A program made the position numbers and the translations under genes. Shown one piece after another: positions 18,498-28,199 of a stretch of DNA of 64,000 nt (its first letter is position 1; each line of letters opens with the position of its first letter). Source of the stretch: Ignavibacteria bacterium RIFOXYC2_FULL_35_21 (GTDB taxonomy: Bacteria; Bacteroidota; Ignavibacteria; Kapaibacteriales; UBA2268); contig MHAY01000038.1 of NCBI GenBank assembly GCA_001804705.1, positions 1,738 through 65,737 on the forward strand. The letters run 5' to 3'. The notes beneath the pieces were generated by a model. The model saw nothing but the letters and a program-made list of their open reading frames with translations. It ran no database searches and was not told where the DNA came from.

Positions 18498-19790
18498 TTA
18501 ACCACCATTCTTAATTCGTAATTTGTAATTCGTAATTTTTTCTTCTTTTTTTATAATTGATTCTTTATAAATATCCAGTGCATTAGGAAATGGCGATAGA
18601 ACTCTCTCCAGAACTCCCTGAACAAACGAAATGGTGATTCCGTAGTTTGTTATGGGTATTCCAGCTTCCTTTGCCTTGTGAATGCGTACAAGCTTTTCAT
18701 TCCTTGTCAGCATACAGCCGCCGCAATGTATAATTAGCTTGTAATCTTTTAAATTTGAAGGATAATCTCTACCTACGGCATAATCAATCATTATATCCGA
18801 ACCTATGTATTTATTTAACCAGCGTGGGATTTTCACTCTGCCTATATCATCCTCGTTTGGGTGATGACTGCATGCCTCTGCAATTAATATTTTATCTCCT
18901 GCTTTTAGCTTATCAATTTCAGCAACTCCACGCGCTTCTTCAAGCAAATCACCTTTGAAGCGGGAAAACAGAATTGAAAATGTTGTGCATTTGACATCGG
19001 CAGGTGTTTCAGCTACCATTTTATGAACAACCTGGGAATCGCACACAACGAGTGCAGGTTTATGTGAAAGTGATTTCAAAGCTTTTGAGTATTCGGTTTC
19101 TTTAACAACAAGTGACATTGAATTATTATCGAGTAAATCACGAATTGCCTGCACTTGTGGCAGTATTATCCTTCCCTTAGGTGCTTCTTTATCAATCGGA
19201 ATAATAAGTATTGAAACACTTCCTTGTGGAACTAAATCACCAATCAATGGTAATGGATTTGTATATTCTGATGGCAGAATTTCAAGAAGCACACTTTTAA
19301 ATTCGTTGACATATTTATTTCGGTTTACTGGCTCAATACTTGAACATAGAATTATATTATTTGTTTTTGTTCTAAGTTGTAACAGGTAATTGTAAGTCGG
19401 TTCTTCGATGTCAATCTTGTTTACAACGATTATCAATGGGATTTCTGACTTTTTAGCTATGTCGGAAATATTTTCTTCAAAGTCAGTCCAGATGTTTGGT
19501 TCGGCAATTATTACGAAAATCTCAGCTCTGTCAACAATTTTCATGGTTCTTTCTATTCTGATGTCCGACAGCATTGATGTGTCATCGATACCGGCTGTGT
19601 CGAGGAAAGTAACAGGTCCTATGGGAAGCAGTTCCATTGATTTTTCAACAATGTCTGTAGTTGTGCCTGGGATAGGGGAGGTCAAAGCCACATCCTGGTT
19701 GGCAACCATATTCAGGAAACTGGACTTACCTGTATTCGTCCTGCCGAATAAAGCAATTTGCAGTCTCAGGGCTTTTGGTGTATTATTCAT
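18498..19790 (-). CDS. hydF: [FeFe]-hydrogenase maturation GTPase HydF
   Basis: GRTNTGKSS P-loop, DTAG, NKID, and C-terminal CSHH...HCGGC cluster motif. Confidence 0.8.
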   Translation of the reverse strand: MNNTPKALRLQIALFGRTNTGKSSFLNMVANQDVALTSPIPGTTTDIVEKSMELLPIGPVTFLDTAGIDDTSMLSDIRIERTMKIVDRAEIFVIIAEPNIWTDFEENISDIAKKSEIPLIIVVNKIDIEEPTYNYLLQLRTKTNNIILCSSIEPVNRNKYVNEFKSVLLEILPSEYTNPLPLIGDLVPQGSVSILIIPIDKEAPKGRIILPQVQAIRDLLDNNSMSLVVKETEYSKALKSLSHKPALVVCDSQVVHKMVAETPADVKCTTFSILFSRFKGDLLEEARGVAEIDKLKAGDKILIAEACSHHPNEDDIGRVKIPRWLNKYIGSDIMIDYAVGRDYPSNLKDYKLIIHCGGCMLTRNEKLVRIHKAKEAGIPITNYGITISFVQGVLERVLSPFPNALDIYKESIIKKEEKITNYKLRIKNGG

Positions 19791-19930
19791 ATAAAATTAA
19801 AATCAATAGGTAGTTACTGATATACTACTACCTAAATAGCTAATATAATAATACAAAATTAACCAAAAAGATTATGTGTACCTTTATGAATAGTAATGGT
19901 AATGACAAGCTAACCATGAAGAAAAGATAT

Positions 19931-19965
19931 AAAAAAGCGTCTTGACGAGAACAAAACGCTTTTTT
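19931..19965 (-). terminator. Intrinsic terminator after the small basic protein gene
   Basis: gcgtcttg-acgagaa-caaaacgc stem-loop flanked by A- and T-runs. Confidence 0.55.
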
Positions 19966-19967
19966 AA

Positions 19968-20063
19968 TTAACGATTTCTCTTTTTATGACGATTTTTCCT
20001 AAGTCTCTTTTTTCTTTTATGAGTAGCCATTTTATGGCGTTTTCTTTTTCTGCCACAGGGCAT
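19968..20063 (-). CDS. 31-aa highly basic peptide MPCGRKRKRHKMATHKRKKRLRKNRHKKRNR (bS22/AURKAIP1-COX24-like ribosome-associated family)
   Basis: Below the ORF-track size cut-off. GGAG lies 6 nt upstream of the ATG and a terminator lies downstream. The sequence resembles the small K/R-rich peptides of Bacteroidota that I recall being annotated this way. Confidence 0.6.
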   Translation of the reverse strand: MPCGRKRKRHKMATHKRKKRLRKNRHKKRNR

Positions 20064-20216
20064 AATGTCTCCAATTATGTTTTAAAAACTAATTTCATAA
20101 TATAACACTCTCAAAATAATCATTTTCGGATTATTAAAGAAAATGAATTTTCTATTCTTACTGTTGAGAAAATCAATATAGCAGCAAAATTTAAATAAAT
20201 TAAAATAATTAATCTA

Positions 20217-20516
20217 TCATTCGCTTGCTTTTGACTTCATAGTTTCATTTACTTTGTGTAGAAACTCAGGAGAAGGTTTGAAAACCGGAACAAATCTCTT
20301 TTCCAGCGGAACCAGGTCGCCTGTTTTTGGATTACGAGCCATTCTCGGCTTGCGGCTCTTGAATTTAAAAACACCAAAGCCACGTAATTCAATGCGCTTC
20401 CCTGTTGATATAGCCGATATGATGCTTGAAAAGACACCATCCACAACAGCCTTTGTCTCAATTTTAGTTAGCCCGGTCGCTTTTGCGATTTCGTCAACAA
20501 TATCTGCCTTAGTCAT
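20217..20516 (-). CDS. HU/IHF-family DNA-binding protein
   Basis: ELRGFGVFKFKSRKPRMARNPKTGDLV arm motif, 99 aa. Confidence 0.9.
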   Translation of the reverse strand: MTKADIVDEIAKATGLTKIETKAVVDGVFSSIISAISTGKRIELRGFGVFKFKSRKPRMARNPKTGDLVPLEKRFVPVFKPSPEFLHKVNETMKSKASE

Positions 20517-20722
20517 AATATACCTAAAAATTTAATTATGAAATACATACAATTATAAAAATAGTCAATTTCAAGGAGAACAAATTTATAAAAACAAAAT
20601 AAAAAACAAAAACTTTCGATAATAAATATATTGGAGTGCCAAAAAAATAAAAATTTGATTTTTTTGAAAATAACCTTAATCAAGGTATTTTTGTAGCTTG
20701 TTCAAATTGAAAATACTGCGGA

Positions 20723-21571
20723 GTGAATGTGAGCTGGGTTAAAGAACAGTCCCCGGAAGATAAAATAATTCAGGAAGAAATAATAAAAGAAGGTAATCTT
20801 CCGAGGCATATAGCGGTGATTATGGACGGCAATGGCAGATGGGCTATTGAACGTGGCCTAACCCGTACGGAGGGCCATCAGGAAGGGATTGAAAGCGTTA
20901 GAGATATTGTTAAAGCATCTTCTCAGATTGGTATTAAGTACTTAACTTTGTATGCATTTTCCATTGAAAATTGGAAAAGGCCTATTACCGAAGTTGGTGT
21001 TTTAATGAAATTATTAGAACATTATCTCAGGCAGGAACTTAATGAACTCCACGAAAACAATGTTAAACTCCAATCAATCGGCAAATCGAGTTCACTTCCG
21101 AAAGTTGTTCAAAAATTACTTCATGAGGCTAACGAAACTACTAAGGATAATACGGGACTGACATTGACTCTTGCCTTAAGCTATAGCGGCAGGTGGGATA
21201 TTGTCAGAGCCGTGCAAATGATAGCATTGGATGTCAGACGGGGTAAAGTATCCCCTGAGGATATTAATGAGGACCTATTTTCGTCTTATTTGCAGACAAC
21301 AGGAATGCCTTATCCCGATTTTCTCATCAGAACGAGTGGCGAGATGAGATTGAGTAATTTTCTTTTGTGGGAAATGGCTTACGGAGAAATGTATATTACT
21401 GATAAATACTGGCCCGAATTCAGGCGTAATGATTTATATGATGCACTTATTAATTTTATGAACAGGGAGCGGCGATTCGGGAAAACATCGGCTCAGGTTG
21501 CTTCCGAAAAAGACACTAAACAAAAAGACACTTATTTACAAAGGGTTGTTAATGCTATCAAAGGCAAGTAA
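20723..21571 (+). CDS. uppS: Isoprenyl transferase (undecaprenyl diphosphate synthase)
   Basis: HIAVIMDGNGRWA, FSIENWKRP, RTSGEMRLSNFLLWE. GTG start as given by the track. Confidence 0.9.
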   Translation: MNVSWVKEQSPEDKIIQEEIIKEGNLPRHIAVIMDGNGRWAIERGLTRTEGHQEGIESVRDIVKASSQIGIKYLTLYAFSIENWKRPITEVGVLMKLLEHYLRQELNELHENNVKLQSIGKSSSLPKVVQKLLHEANETTKDNTGLTLTLALSYSGRWDIVRAVQMIALDVRRGKVSPEDINEDLFSSYLQTTGMPYPDFLIRTSGEMRLSNFLLWEMAYGEMYITDKYWPEFRRNDLYDALINFMNRERRFGKTSAQVASEKDTKQKDTYLQRVVNAIKGK

Positions 21572-23897
21572 ATTCATAGCCATCGTTTTACTATTATTAC
21601 TCATTACTTCAACCGGTAATGCTCAGGCAGATAAATCCTATGTTATTGCAGGTATTCAGGTTGAGGGTAATAAGTTTGCCGATGAGCAAACTATTATCGC
21701 ATTGAGTGGATTAGTCCCACGTGATAGGGTTAAACTTCCTAATGATAATAAGTTTCAAATTGCAATGAAAAATTTATGGAACAGAAAACAATTTTCGGAT
21801 GTTGAAATAGTAATTGATAAAATCACACCACTCGGCATCTTTCTAACCATTAAAGTAAAGGAATACACAAGGTTAAGCGAAATTATCATTGAGGGTAATA
21901 AAGAGCTTACACGCGACGAGATTATCAAAGTAATCGGCAAGGTCAAGGGTGATGTTTTAACTCCTTATGAACTATATCTTGCCAGGCAAAGCATTAAGAA
22001 AAAATATACAGAAGAGGGTTTACTATTTGCTAAAGTTGAAGCAGAAATTGAACCTACAGACACAAGTTATTATTCAAAAATGATTATATCCGTTAATGAA
22101 GGGACTGAATTTTTCACCGGCTCGATTGAATTTGAGGGTAACAAGAATTTCAGCGATGCAGATTTAGCAAGCGAGTTTGATGATACACACACAAAAGAAT
22201 GGTGGCAGTTCTGGCGCTCCTCTAAATTCGATACAAAGGAATATGAGACAGATAAAGAATTGCTCAAGACTTTCTTTAGGAAGGAAGGATATATAGATGC
22301 TGAAATTCTTAAGGATACAATCATATATGATGAAAAAAAATCAGAATTGCATATCAAGCTTTGGATCGAAGAAGGTAAAAAATATTATATAAGAAATATT
22401 GAATTTGACGGTAATACTGTTTATCCTTCCCAACTTTTATTAGCAAGGCTTGATTTCAAAAAAGGGGATGTTTACGACCAGGATAAATTTGAAAAAAACC
22501 TGAATGGAAACGAAGACCAAACAGATGTGCTATCATTATATGCCGATAATGGTTATCTCTCGATTCGTTTCATTCCCGAAGAAGTAAGGATTAATCCCGA
22601 TTCCGTTGACATCAAAATAAAAGTTTACGAGAACCAAAGGCTGAAAATCCGGCGTGTTGAAATTGTGGGTAACAACAAAACAAAGGATAAAGTAATCAGG
22701 CGTGAATTATACACAAGGCCCGGAGACTATTTTGACAGGTCTGCCGTTATCCGAAGCGTCAGGGCATTAGGTGTAATGAATTATTTTAATCCTGAAGCAT
22801 TAAGGCCCGATGTTAGGCCTGTTGATGAAGGTAACATTGACTTGATTTACCGCGTTGAAGAAAAATCCAACGATATGGTAAATGCATCTATCGGGTTTGC
22901 AGGCTCCTTTGGACTTACAGGTTCTGTTGGGGTTACTTTTAATAATTTTTCTATTACCGAACCATTAAGCGGCGGCGGCGGTCAAATATTCAATATTCAG
23001 GCTGAGTTCGGACAAGCAAACAGGTATCAAACTTATGCTATCGGATTTACCGAGCCCTGGCTTTTTGATGAGCCAACAACTGTTGGCTTTAACTTATATT
23101 ACAGAGATATAAAATATTTCTATAATCAAAAATCAGTAGGTTTTGCAACTAACCTTGGCAGAAGATTCCGATGGCCCGATGATTATTTCAGAGGTGATTT
23201 GCGTTTACGCATTCAAAATAATGTTGCAGACAGTATTTATCTGACCAGGCCCGGATTAGAGGTTACACTGGGGCAGTCAATATCCCGTATCAGTTTGAAT
23301 CATCCTTTTTTCCCGACTTATGGCTCAAGATTTAGCTTTTCTACTGATTTTGCTATGGGTGCACTGGGGGTTGGAGCTATTGATTATCTGAAAAATGAAT
23401 TAAAGTTTGAAATGGTTCATCCACTGCTGAAGATAGATGATAATGACAGGATGGTGCTGTATTTAAGCACTAATTTAGGTTATATAACAGGTATAACAAA
23501 TGATACGACTTTCCCTCCGGTTGAACTTTACTATATGGGCGGCAGTGGATTATCCGGTTACTTTGGTACTATTCCCTTCAGAGGATATCCCGACAATTCA
23601 ATTGGGCCAAATTATGGCGGCAAAGTAATGGCAAAATATACGGCAGAACTCCGATTTGCATTGTCAATGAATCCAATGCCAGTTTATATTTATGGCTTTG
23701 CAGAAGCAGGAAATGTTTGGTATTCTCTAAAAGAAACCGACCCATTTAATCTTAAGCGTTCCGCAGGATTAGGCTTACAAATTAATCTCGCTCCTATCGG
23801 GATTATCGGATTCAGTTATGGTTATGGATTCGACCCTGCGGGTTTAACAGGAGAAAAGAGCGGGTGGAAATTCCTTTTCCATCTCGGACAGCAATAA
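21552..23897 (+). CDS. bamA: Outer membrane protein assembly factor BamA
   Basis: Signal peptide from MLSKASKF (ATG 21552), POTRA repeats, Omp85 barrel, sits in the uppS-bamA-skp context. Confidence 0.9.
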   Translation: MLSKASKFIAIVLLLLLITSTGNAQADKSYVIAGIQVEGNKFADEQTIIALSGLVPRDRVKLPNDNKFQIAMKNLWNRKQFSDVEIVIDKITPLGIFLTIKVKEYTRLSEIIIEGNKELTRDEIIKVIGKVKGDVLTPYELYLARQSIKKKYTEEGLLFAKVEAEIEPTDTSYYSKMIISVNEGTEFFTGSIEFEGNKNFSDADLASEFDDTHTKEWWQFWRSSKFDTKEYETDKELLKTFFRKEGYIDAEILKDTIIYDEKKSELHIKLWIEEGKKYYIRNIEFDGNTVYPSQLLLARLDFKKGDVYDQDKFEKNLNGNEDQTDVLSLYADNGYLSIRFIPEEVRINPDSVDIKIKVYENQRLKIRRVEIVGNNKTKDKVIRRELYTRPGDYFDRSAVIRSVRALGVMNYFNPEALRPDVRPVDEGNIDLIYRVEEKSNDMVNASIGFAGSFGLTGSVGVTFNNFSITEPLSGGGGQIFNIQAEFGQANRYQTYAIGFTEPWLFDEPTTVGFNLYYRDIKYFYNQKSVGFATNLGRRFRWPDDYFRGDLRLRIQNNVADSIYLTRPGLEVTLGQSISRISLNHPFFPTYGSRFSFSTDFAMGALGVGAIDYLKNELKFEMVHPLLKIDDNDRMVLYLSTNLGYITGITNDTTFPPVELYYMGGSGLSGYFGTIPFRGYPDNSIGPNYGGKVMAKYTAELRFALSMNPMPVYIYGFAEAGNVWYSLKETDPFNLKRSAGLGLQINLAPIGIIGFSYGYGFDPAGLTGEKSGWKFLFHLGQQ

Positions 23898-23956
23898 ATT
23901 CACAAATTGATAATGATAACAAAATCAAATAATAATTTTTTTAATAAGGAGATTTT

Positions 23957-24496
23957 ATGCGGAGATTAGTATTATTTAGCACATTAATAATTTTTCTTGT
24001 TCTGTTCAGCTTCCGGGCTTATTCGCAGAAAGGCGGTGTAAGCATAGGTGTTGTTGATATAGAGACAATAGTTAAATCCATGCCAGAAGCCGAAAGTGCA
24101 GACAAAATGATTAAAGATATTGGCTTAAAATATCGTGATTCGCTTCAGGCAATCGAAAAGGAATATGTAGCAAAGATGGAAGACTATGATAAGCAAAAAG
24201 GTATGATGACTCCCGAACAGCAAAAGAAAGAACAGGACAATCTAAAAGCAATTCAGGTCAGATACCAGCAGTTTCAGGAAGAAAAATTTGGTGTGCAGGG
24301 CGAAATTGCCCAAATGAGAGAAAAATTGTTAGAACCTATCAGAAGTAAAGTTAGGGCAGCAATTGAAACAGTCGCAAAAGAAGAAAAGCTGAATTTCGTC
24401 TTAGATAAAGGAAGTTCTGCTCTTCTGTATTCTGAAGATAAGTCTGACATTACCTTCAGAGTAATTGATAAGATTAAGAGAGGCGATAATAAATAA
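23957..24496 (+). CDS. skp: OmpH/Skp-family periplasmic chaperone
   Basis: Signal peptide, coiled-coil rich in K/E/Q, position after bamA. aaggag SD. Confidence 0.8.
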   Translation: MRRLVLFSTLIIFLVLFSFRAYSQKGGVSIGVVDIETIVKSMPEAESADKMIKDIGLKYRDSLQAIEKEYVAKMEDYDKQKGMMTPEQQKKEQDNLKAIQVRYQQFQEEKFGVQGEIAQMREKLLEPIRSKVRAAIETVAKEEKLNFVLDKGSSALLYSEDKSDITFRVIDKIKRGDNK

Positions 24497-24752
24497 AAAT
24501 TTTAAATTTTCAATTTTGAAATTTTCAATAATAAAATAGAAATGAGATTTAGGGCATTTCTCAATTTTTTGACTTTACAACTAAATATTATAGATTTAGT
24601 TGAAAATTTTTAAATTATTTATTAAAAATTCAATGGAAATTGAAAATTAGCAAATTGAAAATTTAATCTGCCTGATAATATTTTAAAATAAATGCAGGGG
24701 GCCTTTATTCAAACTTATTACTTGTTTAAGTTACATTTTTAATGGGTAATAT

Positions 24753-25484
24753 ATGAAAAACAAATTTTTCAGAGCCATGATTTACATGACAATGGTTATA
24801 TGTGCAGTATTAATTCCCCTGCAGTTGCACTCCCAGAAGGTTGCTTTTATAGCTTCTGACGTCATTCGTGAGAATTTTACAGAAGCAAAACAAGCTGACC
24901 AGAGAATCAAAACTATGGTTGAAGAGTGGAAAAGAGAACTCGAAACCATCGAAAAAAACATTGATATTCTCGAAACCGAAATCAAAAAAAACAGGCTTAT
25001 CTGGACTGACGAAGAAAAACTGGAAAAAGAGAAACAACTCGAGAACCTCAAAACCGAAAAGATGACTTATGCAAGGACAAAATTTGAAACTAACGGAGAA
25101 TACGACAAAGTCGTAAAGGACATTTTCAAACCAGTCCAGGAAAAAATTTATGCCGCAGTCCAGGAGGTTGCATACGAGGAAGGGTATGACATCATCTTTG
25201 ATAAAAGTGTACAGCCACTTCCTTACACAAACTTTAAATATGATTTGACTGTAAAAGTTCTTCGAAAACTTGGCGTTGATGTTGATGCACTCGAGAAAGA
25301 ACAGCAGGATAAAATCAATAAAGACCCCCGCAATCAGCAAAAGACTTCAAAAGAACCTCCTAAAAGAACAAAATCCCGCATTAATGAGGAGGAAACCCGT
25401 GAATTTGAGAGAGGCCCGGGGATTATTCAAGCACCTGCCTTAACACCCGATAGTTCTAATCAGGTGCCCAAAAAACCAAGATAA
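24753..25484 (+). CDS. Second OmpH/Skp-family chaperone with basic/proline C-terminal tail
   Basis: Same architecture as the preceding gene, plus a low-complexity tail. Confidence 0.7.
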   Translation: MKNKFFRAMIYMTMVICAVLIPLQLHSQKVAFIASDVIRENFTEAKQADQRIKTMVEEWKRELETIEKNIDILETEIKKNRLIWTDEEKLEKEKQLENLKTEKMTYARTKFETNGEYDKVVKDIFKPVQEKIYAAVQEVAYEEGYDIIFDKSVQPLPYTNFKYDLTVKVLRKLGVDVDALEKEQQDKINKDPRNQQKTSKEPPKRTKSRINEEETREFERGPGIIQAPALTPDSSNQVPKKPR

Positions 25485-25499
25485 TTATTATTTCCAAAA

Positions 25500-25576
25500 G
25501 TAGGGGAAGGTTCCAAACCTTCCCCCAATAATTATAATTGATAAAAAATAAAGAGAAGTTTCCAAACCTTCCCCTA
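25500..25576. repeat. REP-like palindromes, GGGAAGG/CCTTCCC family (one full copy, one half copy)
   Basis: gtaggggaaggttccaaaccttcccc and gtttccaaaccttcccctac. Confidence 0.8.
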
Positions 25577-25668
25577 CAAAAATTTCCTTCAATTAAAATT
25601 TTATTGCGTATTGAATACAAAAATTGATAATTTTGTTATTTATTGTTTACTAATGTTTTGGGGCACAA

Positions 25669-26733
25669 ATGTTTCAGATGAAACAACTCTCCTGCGAAGA
25701 GATTGCAAAGAACATCAGCGGCAAGCTTGTCGGCAGTATTGACCATGATATTACTGGTATGAACAGGATTGAATATGCACGCAAAGGCGAGCTCACCTTC
25801 CTGGCTAATCCCAAATTTGAGAAATATCTAAAAACAACAAATGCCTCGTGCATTATAATTCCCGAAACAGTAAAAGAAAAACCTGCGAAAGACAAAGCCT
25901 TTATTGTTGTCGGCGACCCTTACCATGAATTTGTCAAGCTTTTGAAAATGCTCGAATCGCAGAAAGAAAAAAAATCAGGTTATATTCATCCAACGGCAAT
26001 TATTGGAGAAGATGTCCAATTATCCAATAACACTTATATTGGGCCTTACTGCATTATTGGCGACAGGTGTAAAATTGGCGAATTTACTTACCTTCATCCG
26101 CGAGTTACAATTTGCGATGATGTCGAAATTGATGACGGCACAATCTTATATCCAAACGTTGTTTGTATAGATAACACAAGAATAGGAAAAAACTGCATTA
26201 TCCATGCAGGTGCTATTATCGGGGATGATGGCTTCGGTTATATCGAAAGAAATGACGGTTCTTATGAAAAAGTTCCCCAGATGGGCAATGTCGTTATCGG
26301 AAATAATGTCGAAATCGGCTCCAATACTACTATTGACAGGGCAATGATTGGAAGCACTGTAATCGAAGACGGATGTAAAATAGATAACCTTGTACAAATC
26401 GGCCATAACGTCGTTGTCGGCGAAAACACTGCAATGGCGGGCCAGGTAGGCGTTGCAGGGAGTTGTAAGGTTGGAAAACGCAACCGCTTTGGGGGACAGG
26501 TCGGGCTTGCCGGGCATCTCGAGACTGCCGATGATGTTATATTATTATCTCAATCGGGTGTTGCTAAAACTGTTCCCGAAAAAGGAGTGTATTTCGGTTC
26601 GCCGATTAAAGACAGGACAAAAGCTTTCAAGATTGAAACTGCTCTCCAGCAATTACCCGATGTGCTGAAAGATTTTTATAAGATTAAAAAAGTTGTAATT
26701 GAAAAACTCAACCTGAAAGATTTCACGGATTAA
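25669..26733 (+). CDS. lpxD: UDP-3-O-acylglucosamine N-acyltransferase
   Basis: LpxD N-domain plus left-handed hexapeptide repeats, ~350 aa, position after skp. Confidence 0.9.
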   Translation: MFQMKQLSCEEIAKNISGKLVGSIDHDITGMNRIEYARKGELTFLANPKFEKYLKTTNASCIIIPETVKEKPAKDKAFIVVGDPYHEFVKLLKMLESQKEKKSGYIHPTAIIGEDVQLSNNTYIGPYCIIGDRCKIGEFTYLHPRVTICDDVEIDDGTILYPNVVCIDNTRIGKNCIIHAGAIIGDDGFGYIERNDGSYEKVPQMGNVVIGNNVEIGSNTTIDRAMIGSTVIEDGCKIDNLVQIGHNVVVGENTAMAGQVGVAGSCKVGKRNRFGGQVGLAGHLETADDVILLSQSGVAKTVPEKGVYFGSPIKDRTKAFKIETALQQLPDVLKDFYKIKKVVIEKLNLKDFTD

Positions 26734-26740
26734 TTACTCT

Positions 26741-26909
26741 GTCATTCTGAGCGAAGCGAAGAATCTCTTCCCCCCTTATCAAAGGGGGATTCAGGGAGTT
26801 GTTTTCTTTTTCATTCCTAATTCGTAATTACCCGGTCATTCCGTGCTTGACACTGAATCCATAGCCAAAACCCACATCAAATTAATTCCCTTCCTCGAGG
26901 AAGGGCAAG
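26741..26909 (+). repeat. 3'-flank repeat module: 'gtcattctgagcgaagcgaagaatctc' unit plus two-hairpin unit
   Basis: An inverted counterpart lies at 28874..28978, directly after the pyk stop. Confidence 0.8.
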
Positions 26910-26926
26910 GGTAGGTGTATAAAACA

Positions 26927-27275
26927 AAAATCATCCCAATCACATAAATCACACAAATCACATTTCCGGCAATTTACATTTCTGTGTGAGATTAACCCCA
27001 TGCTTCAGCATGGGGGGACAAGAGACGAGACCCACAGACACACCCCACCACACTTTAAAAAGTGGGTTTAACAAAATCATCCCAATCACATAAATCACAC
27101 AAATCACAGTTCCGGCAATTTACGTTTCTGTGTGAGATTAACCCCATGCTTCAGCATGGGGGGACAAGAGACGAGACCCACAGACATACCACACCCCACT
27201 TTAAAAAGTGGGTTTAACAAAATCATCCCAATCACATAAATCACACAAATCACAATTCCGGCAACTTGCATCCTT
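26927..27275 (+). repeat. 146-bp tandem repeat, about 2.4 copies, each with conserved hairpins
   Basis: Units start at 26927, 27073 and 27219 and are near-identical. A related single copy lies at 37316..37425. Confidence 0.9.
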
Positions 27276-27575
27276 TGTGTTAAAAATTAGCTACTCCCCC
27301 TTTCCTATCTTCCATTTTGCATTTTGCATTCTACATTTTACATTATTTTAAAAACCATTTTAAAATAATTTTAAAACCGTTTTCTTTTTATATCAAACCA
27401 TCAACCTTATCTTTGTCCCGCGTGTTCTTTGATAAATTATGTCGGGCTGTATCAGCCGAAACCGGGATGCTCTGTCAATTTACTCAATGGGGATTTCTTT
27501 CTCACTTTACAAACTTTCAACTTTGTCATCTTCTTAAATCGCAAATCGTTAATCGTCAATCCTAATTGCTTAATT

Positions 27576-27755
27576 CTTGTCCCATTTTGTCACATCCAAT
27601 AGGACATCAATAGGACAAAATGAGACAAAACAGGACAAAACGAGACAAATATTCCATAATTGCAATATTGTAACTCCTTACAAATCAATTTTATTTCTTA
27701 ATAGCAATCCAAAAAATAAAAAAAACAGGACAAAACAGGACAAAACAGGACATTT
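27576..27755. repeat. Two arrays of 10-bp-phased (G)GACAAAA units
   Basis: 27611..27650 has four exact 10-nt phases and 27726..27755 has three. Inverted units lie at 27576..27594. Confidence 0.85.
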
Positions 27756-27851
27756 TCCAATTTTCCCACTTTACTAAAGGGGGATTCAGGGGGATTATTA
27801 AATCAATTTATCCACCATTCAAAATTCAAAACTCAAAATTTAAAATTGATT

Positions 27852-28013
27852 CAAACCTGCTCCGGATGCACAATTCTGCTCATTTTTGGCTACTTCTAAC
27901 CACTTTTCAATGAATTTATAGTGTATCTAATTTTTAAATTTAGAATTGAAAATTAAAAAAACAAAACTCTGTCAAAACTGCTCCGGATGCACAAATCTGC
28001 TCATTTTTGGCTA
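27852..28013 (+). repeat. 41-bp direct repeat pair (2 mismatches), 121 bp apart
   Basis: caaacctgctccggatgcacaattctgctcatttttggcta versus caaaactgctccggatgcacaaatctgctcatttttggcta. Confidence 0.9.
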
Positions 28014-28199
28014 TATATAACTAAAAAACCTCCCTTCACCCTTGGGAGAAAAGTCGTGGTTGAGGGATTTCATTAAGAATTTAGAATTGAAAATTTATTG
28101 AAAATTGAAAATTCTATACTAATAGTCAAAAGTCTAATTTAAAAGGTGACTGACGACTAAAGACTAACGACTAAAGACTAATAAAATGTTAATTGTGAA

